A stretch of DNA of 64,000 nucleotides, taken from the NCBI GenBank assembly GCA_021731145.1, contig JAKFXX010000007.1:72108-136107 (forward strand), written 5' to 3'. The stretch comes from Gammaproteobacteria bacterium (GTDB lineage: Bacteria > Pseudomonadota > Gammaproteobacteria > Ga0077554 > Ga007554). Numbering within the stretch: position 1 is the first letter of the stretch; every line of letters begins with the position of its first letter. Below are positions 27,775 through 36,036 of the stretch, piece by piece. The notes beneath the pieces were generated by a model. The model made no database searches. It saw only the letters and a program-made list of their open reading frames with translations, and was not told the DNA's origin. The translations under genes and the position numbers were made by a program.

Positions 27775-30057
27775 ATGAAACCGATAAAAAAAATAATATG
27801 TTATTTCATGGTGGTAGTGTTGTGCCTGTTGGTTGCATCTTGTGCCGGTCCGATTCGAAAGGCGGAAAACTATGAGGATAAACAGGAATGGATAAATGCG
27901 GTAATTGAGTACCGAAAGGCCTATAACGATGAGCCAAGGAACGTGGAATATAAGTCACGTCTGAAGCATGCCGAATTCAAGGCGGCCGACTATTATTACC
28001 ATCAAGGTATGCTACTTTTGGAGCGGGAAAAAATCGATGAAGCCATAGTTCAACTCCAGCAGGGCTTGACTGCAATGCCCGGTGATGAGCGGCTAATGCA
28101 GGCGATGAACAAAGCGCTTTCAAAAAGAGAGGCCAACAATCTTTATCAAGAAGGAGTTCTGATAGAAGGCGCGGGCAATGCCGACGAAGCGAAGCGCATA
28201 TTCCAAAGGGCCGTAAATGTCTATCCTGATCACAAAGCGGCATCAGAGGCCCTTGCCAATCTTGAAAATAAAAAAATCAAGGAGCGTGATACCGAGAAAT
28301 TCTCGTTGACTTCAGCATCCCCCATTTCGCTGAATTTCCGTCAAGCCGATATGCGCTCAGTTTTTGAGTTCGTTGCCAAATCATTTGGCATAAATATCAT
28401 ATTTGATGAGGCCATCAAGACCATATCCCCCGTCACGGTATTTGCCAAGGATGTTTCCTTCGAGCAAGCTTTGGCCCTGATTAATGTGGCAACCAAAACC
28501 TTCTATAAGAAAATCAGCAAAAATACCATCATAATTGTGCCGGATTCAAAGGACAAGCGTGGTCAATATGAAGATCATATGATGCGTACCTTTTATTTGA
28601 GCACTGTCCGGGCCAAGGAGGCGGCGGATATCCTGAGAGGTGTGATGACAATAAGGAAAATGATCGTCAACGAACCGTTAAATACGCTGGTTGTCCGTGA
28701 TACCGAGGAAGTTATCAGGCAGGTGGAAAAGATTATTGATGTAAACGACAGAAAGCCCGCTGAAATAGTTCTGGAAGTTGAGATCCTGGAGATGAATCGC
28801 ACCAAGGCAGAGCGTCTTGGCCTTGATCTTGGGTCGTATCAAATCAGCGCTGCGGTTCCGTCAGCCATCGCCCTGAGTGGATCCATTAGCGGCGCGATTG
28901 AGAAGGCTTCGCTACTTACGCTTCCTTCGGCGACCTTCAGGTTTTTTAAGCAGGATGTAGATGCCAGGACGCTTGCCAATCCCAAGGTAAGGGTTGTGAA
29001 CGGAAAATCCGCAAAAATCCATATTGGCGACCGTGTGCCGTTACGTGTTTCCACGATCATCAATACGACGGGGCAGGTGAACACAACTTATGATTACAAA
29101 GACATTGGTATAAAGCTTAGCGTTGAACCAACCATAAATCTGGACAATTCATCATCAGTAAAGCTTGGTTTGGAAGTGAGCTCCCTGGGGGCTAATCTGG
29201 GAACGGCGACAGAGCCGGCATTCCTTATCGGTAGCCGAAATGCTGAAACTTTTATGCTGTTGCGTGATGGTGAAACAGCGATTCTGGGCGGTCTTATTCG
29301 TGATGAGGATCGCAAGACGGTAGTAAGGGTTCCATTACTGGGAGACATTCCTGCCGCAGGTTCTCTATTTAGTTCTTACGATATGTCGAAGGGGCGCACC
29401 GACGTGTTGTTGACCATCACGCCTCGTGTTGTGCGAGGCTGGGATCTGCCCGCCAAGGAAGTCCGCCAGTTTTATTCTGGCACCGAAGATAAATATCTTG
29501 ATCAAGCGCCCTTTCAGAGCCTCGCTTCTCCATCATCGGCTGCGGTAAAGGAGGATGCCGGGATTCAGGAGTCCCCGCAGGCACCTGTTAACGAAAGTCC
29601 GGCGGCACCCCCATTGCCAGGCCAGTCGATTGCGCCAGGTATTGGGGGGAATGTTATCCAGTCTCCCGCGCTCGGCTTTTCTAAGCCAGCTTATATGGTC
29701 ATCAATCAAGATGAGGTGGATGTTCAGATTCTTTTTGACAACCTCGCAAAAAACAGGGAGATCGCCACGGAAATACAATTCAATTCAAAGGTGCTGGAAT
29801 TTGTCGGGGGTGATGCGGGCGAATTCAAAGTTGGTTTTTTTCAGGCCGACAAAAATGAGGCAGGAGATGCTGTACGTCTAAGCGCCGGGCTTGCAAATGA
29901 TGCCGTCTCGAAAGAGAAAGGTATTCTGGCAACCCTCCGGTTCCGTGCCTTGAAGCCAGGTGTTTCTGCTCTCACGTATGGTGCCTCATCGGTCAAAAAT
30001 GCGGCGGGTGACATCATTAATCCACAGTCAAATATCTCACGTGTCATTGTACGCTAG
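27775..30057 (+). CDS. Secretin lipoprotein with an N-terminal TPR domain (MshN-MshL-like fusion) and a C-terminal linker plus cohesin-like domain
   Basis: It has a lipobox (LLVASCAG), TPR repeats and a secretin domain (ANPKVRVVNGKSAKIHIGDRVP...LLGDIPAAGSLF). A Pro/Ala/Ser-rich linker is followed by a roughly 130-aa beta domain (DVQILFDN...ILATLRFRALKPGVSALTYG) that resembles cohesin modules. Confidence 0.8.
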   Translation: MKPIKKIICYFMVVVLCLLVASCAGPIRKAENYEDKQEWINAVIEYRKAYNDEPRNVEYKSRLKHAEFKAADYYYHQGMLLLEREKIDEAIVQLQQGLTAMPGDERLMQAMNKALSKREANNLYQEGVLIEGAGNADEAKRIFQRAVNVYPDHKAASEALANLENKKIKERDTEKFSLTSASPISLNFRQADMRSVFEFVAKSFGINIIFDEAIKTISPVTVFAKDVSFEQALALINVATKTFYKKISKNTIIIVPDSKDKRGQYEDHMMRTFYLSTVRAKEAADILRGVMTIRKMIVNEPLNTLVVRDTEEVIRQVEKIIDVNDRKPAEIVLEVEILEMNRTKAERLGLDLGSYQISAAVPSAIALSGSISGAIEKASLLTLPSATFRFFKQDVDARTLANPKVRVVNGKSAKIHIGDRVPLRVSTIINTTGQVNTTYDYKDIGIKLSVEPTINLDNSSSVKLGLEVSSLGANLGTATEPAFLIGSRNAETFMLLRDGETAILGGLIRDEDRKTVVRVPLLGDIPAAGSLFSSYDMSKGRTDVLLTITPRVVRGWDLPAKEVRQFYSGTEDKYLDQAPFQSLASPSSAAVKEDAGIQESPQAPVNESPAAPPLPGQSIAPGIGGNVIQSPALGFSKPAYMVINQDEVDVQILFDNLAKNREIATEIQFNSKVLEFVGGDAGEFKVGFFQADKNEAGDAVRLSAGLANDAVSKEKGILATLRFRALKPGVSALTYGASSVKNAAGDIINPQSNISRVIVR

Positions 30058-30538
30058 GAAATACAAACTCCTGGGAGTCACCTTCGTCGAGTTGCTGGTG
30101 ACGCTGGTGATTCTTTCGATTCTCGCGGCGGTTGCATTGCCTTATGCAGAAATTACGGTGCGCCGCAATAAGGAGATTGAATTGCGCCAGGCACTGCGTG
30201 ATATGCGCAGTGCCATTGACCGTTTTCATCTGGACTGGGAAACGGCAAAAATATCGAAATTGGATAATGATGTTAGCGAAAATGGTTACCCAAAAAAATT
30301 GCAAGTATTGGTTGAAGGAGTGGGGTCTGCCCAGGCCAAAGGGACAAAGATTAAATACTTGCGCCGAATTCCTGCCGACCCGTTCTCCGGCCCTGACAAG
30401 CCGTCACTGGAGCACTGGGTGCTGCGCGGTTATCAGGATGCGTCCGATGCCACCTCGTGGGGAGGAACGGATGTTTACGATGTACGGTCATTAAGCCGTC
30501 GCAAGGCGATTGACGGCAGCTTCTACAAGGATTGGTGA
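30047..30538 (+). CDS. Type IV pilin-like pseudopilin (prepilin N-terminus KYKLLG/VTFVELLVTL)
   Basis: It has a class III signal with Gly at -1, Glu at +5 and a hydrophobic helix. The start codon is uncertain (GTG 30041 or TTG 30047). It overlaps the secretin stop. Confidence 0.6.
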   Translation: MYARKYKLLGVTFVELLVTLVILSILAAVALPYAEITVRRNKEIELRQALRDMRSAIDRFHLDWETAKISKLDNDVSENGYPKKLQVLVEGVGSAQAKGTKIKYLRRIPADPFSGPDKPSLEHWVLRGYQDASDATSWGGTDVYDVRSLSRRKAIDGSFYKDW

Positions 30539-30539
30539 C

Positions 30540-30917
30540 ATGCGCCGCAGTATTGTCCACAAGGCGCGCGGCTTTACCTTGGTGGAGCTGATGGTGGTGC
30601 TGGTTTTGATTGTTATACTTGCCAGTCTCGCAGCACCCTTGGTAACCAGCTCAATACAGCGCGGCCGTGAAGCTGTGCTCAAGGAAGATTTATTAGTGAT
30701 GCGTAAAGCAATTGATGATTACTATGCGGATACGGGAAATTATCCGGAGGATATCAAGCAACTGATGGAAAAACGTTATCTGAGGAAAATTCCTGTTGAT
30801 CCTTTAACTGAACGCAGTGATACGTGGCGTGAGGTTCGTGATGATGCGGGGATTGTTGATATAAAAAGTGGAGCGGATGGAAAATCCGCCAATGATGAGT
30901 CATACAGCGAATGGTAG
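30540..30917 (+). CDS. GspG-like pseudopilin (prepilin N-terminus MRRSIVHKARG/FTLVELMVVL)
   Basis: It has the canonical G-FTLVE prepilin motif. Its C-terminal region resembles GspG (IPVDPLTERSDTWR). Confidence 0.7.
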   Translation: MRRSIVHKARGFTLVELMVVLVLIVILASLAAPLVTSSIQRGREAVLKEDLLVMRKAIDDYYADTGNYPEDIKQLMEKRYLRKIPVDPLTERSDTWREVRDDAGIVDIKSGADGKSANDESYSEW

Positions 30918-30957
30918 TTTATTGTCTTAATCTTAATTTGATGTGAGAGGCTGGTCT

Positions 30958-31392
30958 ATGAAAAAGAGCATGAGATGGTCTTCGGGTTTTACCATGATGG
31001 AGTTGCTGATTGTTCTGGTTATTATCGGATTGTTAGCGGCTTTGGTGGGTCCTGCATTGTTCCAGCGCATCAATCCGGCAAAACAATCGGCGGCGCGCAG
31101 TCAGATTGAAAATTTCATGACAGCTCTCGACACCTATTTTGTAGATAACGGACACTTTCCAACGACACAACAGGGTTTTTTGGCGCTTCGTGTTAAACCG
31201 GAAGGTGATGAAAAGTGGGCGGGGCCTTATCTTAAAAAAGACGTGCCAAACGATCCATGGGGAAATCCATACCAATACCGCGCTCCTGGACACAATGGTG
31301 GCTACGATATTTTATCTCTGGGCGCGGATGGTAAAGAGGGTGGCGAAAATGAAAATATGGATATCAATAGCTGGGAGATCGACAAGAAATAA
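30958..31392 (+). CDS. Major pseudopilin, GspG family
   Basis: The N-terminus is MKKSMRWSSG/FTMMELLIVLVIIGLLAALV. GspG hallmarks are present (QIENFMTALDTYFVDNGHFPT...NPYQY...YDILSLGADGKEGGE). Confidence 0.8.
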   Translation: MKKSMRWSSGFTMMELLIVLVIIGLLAALVGPALFQRINPAKQSAARSQIENFMTALDTYFVDNGHFPTTQQGFLALRVKPEGDEKWAGPYLKKDVPNDPWGNPYQYRAPGHNGGYDILSLGADGKEGGENENMDINSWEIDKK

Positions 31393-31897
31393 TCATGATG
31401 GATTTACCTATATCATGGTGCTGGTCGCGGTTGTAATAACCGGCCTGATGGCAGGTGTTGCAGCCACCATCGCATCGCGGGTTATGCAGGCCGAGAGAGA
31501 GAAGGAATTGCTTTTCCGTGGCATGGCTTATCAGAATGCGATAAAAAGCTATTATCAGGCTGGCGCGCAACTTAATACGTTTATCTTTCCGCGCTCGTTA
31601 AACGATTTGCTGAATGACCCGCGCTTTCCCGGCAAACATCATATTCGTGCTCTGTATGTGGACCCAATGGGGAAAGGACGGCGGGAGTGGCGCGTGATCC
31701 GTTCAATTGATGGCGGTATCGCCGGCGTTGTCAGCTCAAGCAAACAAAAATCTTTAAAGACCGCCAACTTCCCCGCTGGACTGGAATCTCTGGCGGGCAA
31801 GAAGTCCTATGCGGAATGGGTTTTTCAGTACAACGCTCCCGCAGCAATCCAAACTCCACGTTCCGTCATGCCACGTGTACCTGTGCAGCAGAAATAG
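31349..31897 (+). CDS. Pilin-like protein with a non-canonical prepilin N-terminus (putative minor pseudopilin)
   Basis: It carries ...HDG/FTYIMVLVAVVITGLMAG, which is prepilin-like but has Met at +5 and an 18-aa leader if ATG 31349 is used. It overlaps the gspG-like gene by 44 bp in another frame. An alternative start is ATG 31415. Confidence 0.4.
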   Translation: MKIWISIAGRSTRNNHDGFTYIMVLVAVVITGLMAGVAATIASRVMQAEREKELLFRGMAYQNAIKSYYQAGAQLNTFIFPRSLNDLLNDPRFPGKHHIRALYVDPMGKGRREWRVIRSIDGGIAGVVSSSKQKSLKTANFPAGLESLAGKKSYAEWVFQYNAPAAIQTPRSVMPRVPVQQK

Positions 31898-31899
31898 AT

Positions 31900-34236
31900 T
31901 CAAGATTCCGCCGCCTCTCCCGCCTCTCCCGCCTCTCCCGCCTCTCCCGCCTCATACGGTTCGGCATAGCCACATTCCTTTTGCGGACAGACCTTTTCCG
32001 TGCCACGACGCTTGGTGGTTTTGATGGTCATCACCGGCCATTGGCATTTTGGGCAAGGCTCGCTGAGGGGCTCATTCCACACCGCGTAGTTGCAATCCGG
32101 ATAGGTTGCACAGGAGTAGAAGATCTTGCCGTAGCGTGACTTGCGCTTGAGCAGGGTGCCCTTGTGACACTGCGGGCAGTCCACGCCGGTGTCGGCGGGC
32201 TTCTCCAGGGGTTCTATGTGTTTGCAGGCAGGGTAATTGCTGCAACCGATGAACTTGCCGTAGCGGCCCTGGCGGAAGATAAGCGGAGATTCACACTTGG
32301 GGCAGGTGCGGCCTTCCACGACTTCGGGCTCTGTCGCAGCGCCCGCTTCCTCATTGAGGTTGCGGGTGTAATCGCACTCCGGGTAGGTGGTGCAGCCGAT
32401 GAACCGTCCGCGTTTTCCGAGGCGGATCGAGAGCGGTTTGCCGCATTTGGGGCAGGCTTCGTCCAACGCCTCCTGGGTGACATCCTGGCGCTTAACGTTC
32501 TCTTCGGTAGTGTCGACCTGAGTCTTGAAGGGCGTCCAGAAATCGCGCAGGAGCGGAACCCAGTCTTTTTCACCGCGCGACACCGCATCGAGCTCGTCTT
32601 CGAGATGGGCGGTGAAGTCGTAATCCACATAACGCGTGAAATATTCGGTGAGGAACTTGTTGACAATGCGTCCCACGTCGGTGGGTTTGAAGCGCCGCTT
32701 GTCCAGCTCTACATACTCACGCTGCTGGAGCGTGGAGATGATGCTCGCATAGGTGGAGGGGCGGCCGATGCCGTGTTCTTCGAGCGCCTTGATCAGGCTG
32801 GCTTCGCCATAACGCGGGGGTGGCTCGGTGAAATGCTGTTCGGGCTGGATGCCAAGGAGGTCAATTTTTTCCCCTGCCAGCAGCACGGGCAGGCGGCGTT
32901 CATCCTCGCCTTCTTTACCTTCTTCTTTGCTGTCGTCCACGCTTTCCTGGTACACCGCCATGAAGCCGGGGTGGACTATGGTGGAGCCGTTGGCGCGGAA
33001 CAGATTGCCTTCGCCGGCGCTCATGTCGACGCTCACGGTGTCGAGGGTGGCGTGGATCATCTGGCAGGCGATGGTGCGCTTCCAGATCAGGTCATACAGC
33101 TTGTACTGGTCAGCGGTCAGACTGTCCTTGATAGACTCCGGTGCGCGTTCCGCAGCAGTGGGGCGTATCGCCTCGTGGGCCTCCTGGGCATTTTTGGATT
33201 TTGTTTTGTAAACATGCGGTTGCTCGGGCACGTTGTCGCTGCCGAAACGGGTGGCAATGAGGCTACGGATATCGTCCAGCGCCTCGTTTGCCAGGCTCAC
33301 CGAGTCGGTACGCATATAGCTGATCAAACCCACTGCGCCACCGCCGATGTCGATACCCTCATAGAGCTGCTGGGCGAGGCGCATGGTGCGCTGAGCGGTA
33401 AAGCCCAGTTTGCGCGATGCCTCCTGTTGCAGTGTCGAGGTGGTAAACGGCGGTGAAGGATTGCGTTTACGCTGCTTCTTGTCCACCTTGGCGACCACCA
33501 GGGCGCCCGCTGCGGCGCGCAGCAATTCCTCCTCGATTTTGGCGGCCTGCTCGCCATCGGTGACGCTGAACTGGCTGACTTTTTCACCTTGATACTGGAT
33601 GAGTTTGGCGCTGAAGCGGTCGCCTTTTTTGGCGAGGTTGGAGAGTATCGTCCAGTATTCGCGCGTTACGAATTTTTCGATCTCTTCCTCGCGCTCGACG
33701 ATCATGCGCAGCGCCGGGCTTTGCACGCGCCCGGCGGAGAGGCCACGGCGGATTTTTTTCCACAGCAGCGGGGAGAGGTTGAAGCCCACCAGGTAATCCA
33801 GCGCGCGGCGCGCCTGCTGGGCGTTGACCAGCTCCATGGATACCTCGCGCGGATTCGCCACGGCCTCGTTCACGGCGCGTTTGGTGATCTCGTAGAACAC
33901 CACGCGATGCACGGGCTTGTCCTTGAGGAGCTTCTTTTCCTTGAGTATTTCCAGGAGATGCCAGGAGATGGCCTCGCCTTCACGGTCCGGATCGGTTGCC
34001 AGATAGAGCACATCGGCCTTTTTCATGGCGCTGACGATGGCGTCGACGTGCTTTTCATTCCTTTCAATAGTCTGGTACTTCATGGCGAAGCTGTGCTCTG
34101 TATCGACAGCGCCCTCTTTGGGCAGCAGGTCACGCACATGGCCGTAGGAGGCGAGGATGTCGAAGTCCTTGCCCAGGTATTTTTTCAAGGTCTTGGCCTT
34201 GGCGGGCGATTCAACGATAAGGAGATTTTTGGTCAC
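31900..34236 (-). CDS. topA: DNA topoisomerase I
   Basis: It has a Toprim N-terminus (LLIVESPAKAKTLKKYLG), C-terminal C4 zinc ribbons (CPKCG...) and a (GEA)n tail. Confidence 0.95.
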   Translation of the reverse strand: MTKNLLIVESPAKAKTLKKYLGKDFDILASYGHVRDLLPKEGAVDTEHSFAMKYQTIERNEKHVDAIVSAMKKADVLYLATDPDREGEAISWHLLEILKEKKLLKDKPVHRVVFYEITKRAVNEAVANPREVSMELVNAQQARRALDYLVGFNLSPLLWKKIRRGLSAGRVQSPALRMIVEREEEIEKFVTREYWTILSNLAKKGDRFSAKLIQYQGEKVSQFSVTDGEQAAKIEEELLRAAAGALVVAKVDKKQRKRNPSPPFTTSTLQQEASRKLGFTAQRTMRLAQQLYEGIDIGGGAVGLISYMRTDSVSLANEALDDIRSLIATRFGSDNVPEQPHVYKTKSKNAQEAHEAIRPTAAERAPESIKDSLTADQYKLYDLIWKRTIACQMIHATLDTVSVDMSAGEGNLFRANGSTIVHPGFMAVYQESVDDSKEEGKEGEDERRLPVLLAGEKIDLLGIQPEQHFTEPPPRYGEASLIKALEEHGIGRPSTYASIISTLQQREYVELDKRRFKPTDVGRIVNKFLTEYFTRYVDYDFTAHLEDELDAVSRGEKDWVPLLRDFWTPFKTQVDTTEENVKRQDVTQEALDEACPKCGKPLSIRLGKRGRFIGCTTYPECDYTRNLNEEAGAATEPEVVEGRTCPKCESPLIFRQGRYGKFIGCSNYPACKHIEPLEKPADTGVDCPQCHKGTLLKRKSRYGKIFYSCATYPDCNYAVWNEPLSEPCPKCQWPVMTIKTTKRRGTEKVCPQKECGYAEPYEAGEAGEAGEAGEAAES
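31908..31952. repeat. 9-bp tandem repeat (ccgcctctc, about 4.7 copies) inside the topA 3' end, encoding (GEA)n
   Basis: Direct tandem copies are visible in the sequence. The translated C-terminus is EAGEAGEAGEAGEAAES. Confidence 0.85.
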
Positions 34237-34341
34237 TTGTGCCCTTCAGGGTATAAGTTATGTAGCTATAGAAAACAGCCGCAAAAAGCCACAGGCAGCA
34301 AGCGATGGCCGAAAGCCGCACTTGCTGCCTGCAACGCGCTA

Positions 34342-34821
34342 TTAATGTAAATTGTTGGGCATCTCGTCGAACACGAGGTCTTCCATCCAGGCGAAAGCCG
34401 CTTCCTGGCCGGGCTGATTGAACAGCACCATGAGGATCACCCACTTGAGCTGGGCGAGATCAATTTCCTCGCTCTCCAGGGCCATGATGCGGTCGATCAC
34501 GAGTTCGCGGTTGGCCGGATCAAGCACGCCGAGCTGTTCCAGGAACATCAGAAAGCCGCGGCACTCCAGATCGAGCCGGTTCGTCTCCTGATGGGTGAAG
34601 ACACGAATCGAGTGGCTGGTGGTGAGCATGATCGGCGCGGCGTTTTCCCGCATCTGCGCCATGCCTTCCAGCCAGGTGAAGGCCTTGTCGATCTCGCCGT
34701 AGTGAAAGCCGGCCTCAATGAGTTCTTTCCTCAGCGCCTCCTGGTCAGGGGTAGTTTCCAGCTCGCCGTCGAGGTAGTTCTCGAACAGGTACATCAGGAC
34801 ATCCAACACATTTTCTTTCAT
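34342..34821 (-). CDS. smg: Smg protein (DUF494)
   Basis: The N-terminus is MKENVLDVLMYLFENYL. It sits in the conserved position between dprA and topA. Confidence 0.85.
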   Translation of the reverse strand: MKENVLDVLMYLFENYLDGELETTPDQEALRKELIEAGFHYGEIDKAFTWLEGMAQMRENAAPIMLTTSHSIRVFTHQETNRLDLECRGFLMFLEQLGVLDPANRELVIDRIMALESEEIDLAQLKWVILMVLFNQPGQEAAFAWMEDLVFDEMPNNLH

Positions 34822-34838
34822 TTCAGGACCTCCTGCGC

Positions 34839-35993
34839 TTAGCCTTTAACCCGGCGGGTATAGCATCCGCCCGATGCCGATTCAACTATATTATGCAATT
34901 CCAATACCAAAAGCATGGAGGAAACCTGCTCCGGCGTCAATCCACTGCGTTCCACCAATGTGTCTATGGAAGTGGGGGAGAAGTCGACGCAATCAAGCAA
35001 TTTCAATGAGTTATCGTCAAGATTAAGTCCAATGCCAGAGTTTTCACCGGAACATAATACAGTGTTATACGCCACGTCCGATACCATTGGGCCGAGTTCT
35101 TCAAGGATATCCTGGACATTTTCGACCAGTTTTGCCCCTAGTCGAATCAGGGAATGACAGCCGCGCGCCAGGGGATTATGGATGGAGCCGGGAATGGCGA
35201 AGACCTCGCGGCCTTGCTCCGCCGCCAGACGTGCGGTGATCAGTGAGCCGCTGGCGAGTGCGGCCTCCACTACCAGCGTACCCAGGCTCAGGCCGCTGAT
35301 AATTCGATTGCGGCGCGGGAAGTGTTCGGCCAGCGGCGGGGTGCCGGGCACAAATTCAGAGACCAGTGCGCCGCGTTGGGCAATGCGGTGCGCCAAATCA
35401 CGGTGCCGGGCTGGATAGACGCGGTCCAGGCCAGTGCCCGTGACGGCGATGGTGAGACCCTCTCCATCAAGCGCCCCCTGGTGGCTGGCGGCGTCGACGC
35501 CCAGCGCCAGACCACTGGTGACGGTTAATCCCGCGCCGCACAGATGTCTTGCAAAGTCGTGAGCGGTCTCCCGTCCGGCGGCAGAGGGGTTGCGGCTGCC
35601 CACCAGCGCCAATTGCGGGGTTGCCAACACAGCCGGGTTGCCATGTACGAACAGGAGCGGCGGCGGATCAGCGATTTCGCGCAGTTGTGCCGGGTAGGCA
35701 GGATCATGGAGCGCGAGTATGTGGTTGCCGGGCAGCGCCCCCCAGGCAAGGTCTTTTTCCACGGCGGCCCAATCGGGTTTGCGCAGATAAGCGGCGAGCG
35801 CCGCCGCACCGCGCATGCCGGATGATGCCACTTGCTCCGGGGTGGCCTCGAAAATGGCGCGGGGCGTCGCATAATGATCGAGCAACGCCATGAATGTGAC
35901 GGGGCCTACGCCCGGCGCCCTCAGCAGGGCCAGCCAATAGCCTAGATCGTTTTTGTCGCTGGGATAAGTCATTGGCTGGTAGTCACTTGTCAT
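34839..35993 (-). CDS. dprA: DNA-processing protein DprA
   Basis: It has the Rossmann-like DprA core (GLALGVDAASHQGAL...) and lies in the dprA-smg-topA synteny. Confidence 0.9.
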   Translation of the reverse strand: MTSDYQPMTYPSDKNDLGYWLALLRAPGVGPVTFMALLDHYATPRAIFEATPEQVASSGMRGAAALAAYLRKPDWAAVEKDLAWGALPGNHILALHDPAYPAQLREIADPPPLLFVHGNPAVLATPQLALVGSRNPSAAGRETAHDFARHLCGAGLTVTSGLALGVDAASHQGALDGEGLTIAVTGTGLDRVYPARHRDLAHRIAQRGALVSEFVPGTPPLAEHFPRRNRIISGLSLGTLVVEAALASGSLITARLAAEQGREVFAIPGSIHNPLARGCHSLIRLGAKLVENVQDILEELGPMVSDVAYNTVLCSGENSGIGLNLDDNSLKLLDCVDFSPTSIDTLVERSGLTPEQVSSMLLVLELHNIVESASGGCYTRRVKG

Positions 35994-36036
35994 TTGTTGC
36001 CAGGGTCAGAGCAAGTCCACCATCACCGGGTTATGG

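Noticed and set aside
31809-32139. ORFs containing PPLPPLPPLPPLPP / RLSRLSRLSRLS
   Set aside because: These are simply the other-frame or opposite-strand readings of the 9-bp tandem repeat at the 3' end of topA.
32164-34350. Plus-strand ORFs (430 aa and 253 aa) overlapping topA
   Set aside because: They are antisense to topA, whose translation carries unmistakable Toprim, topoisomerase and zinc-ribbon motifs. They are spurious.
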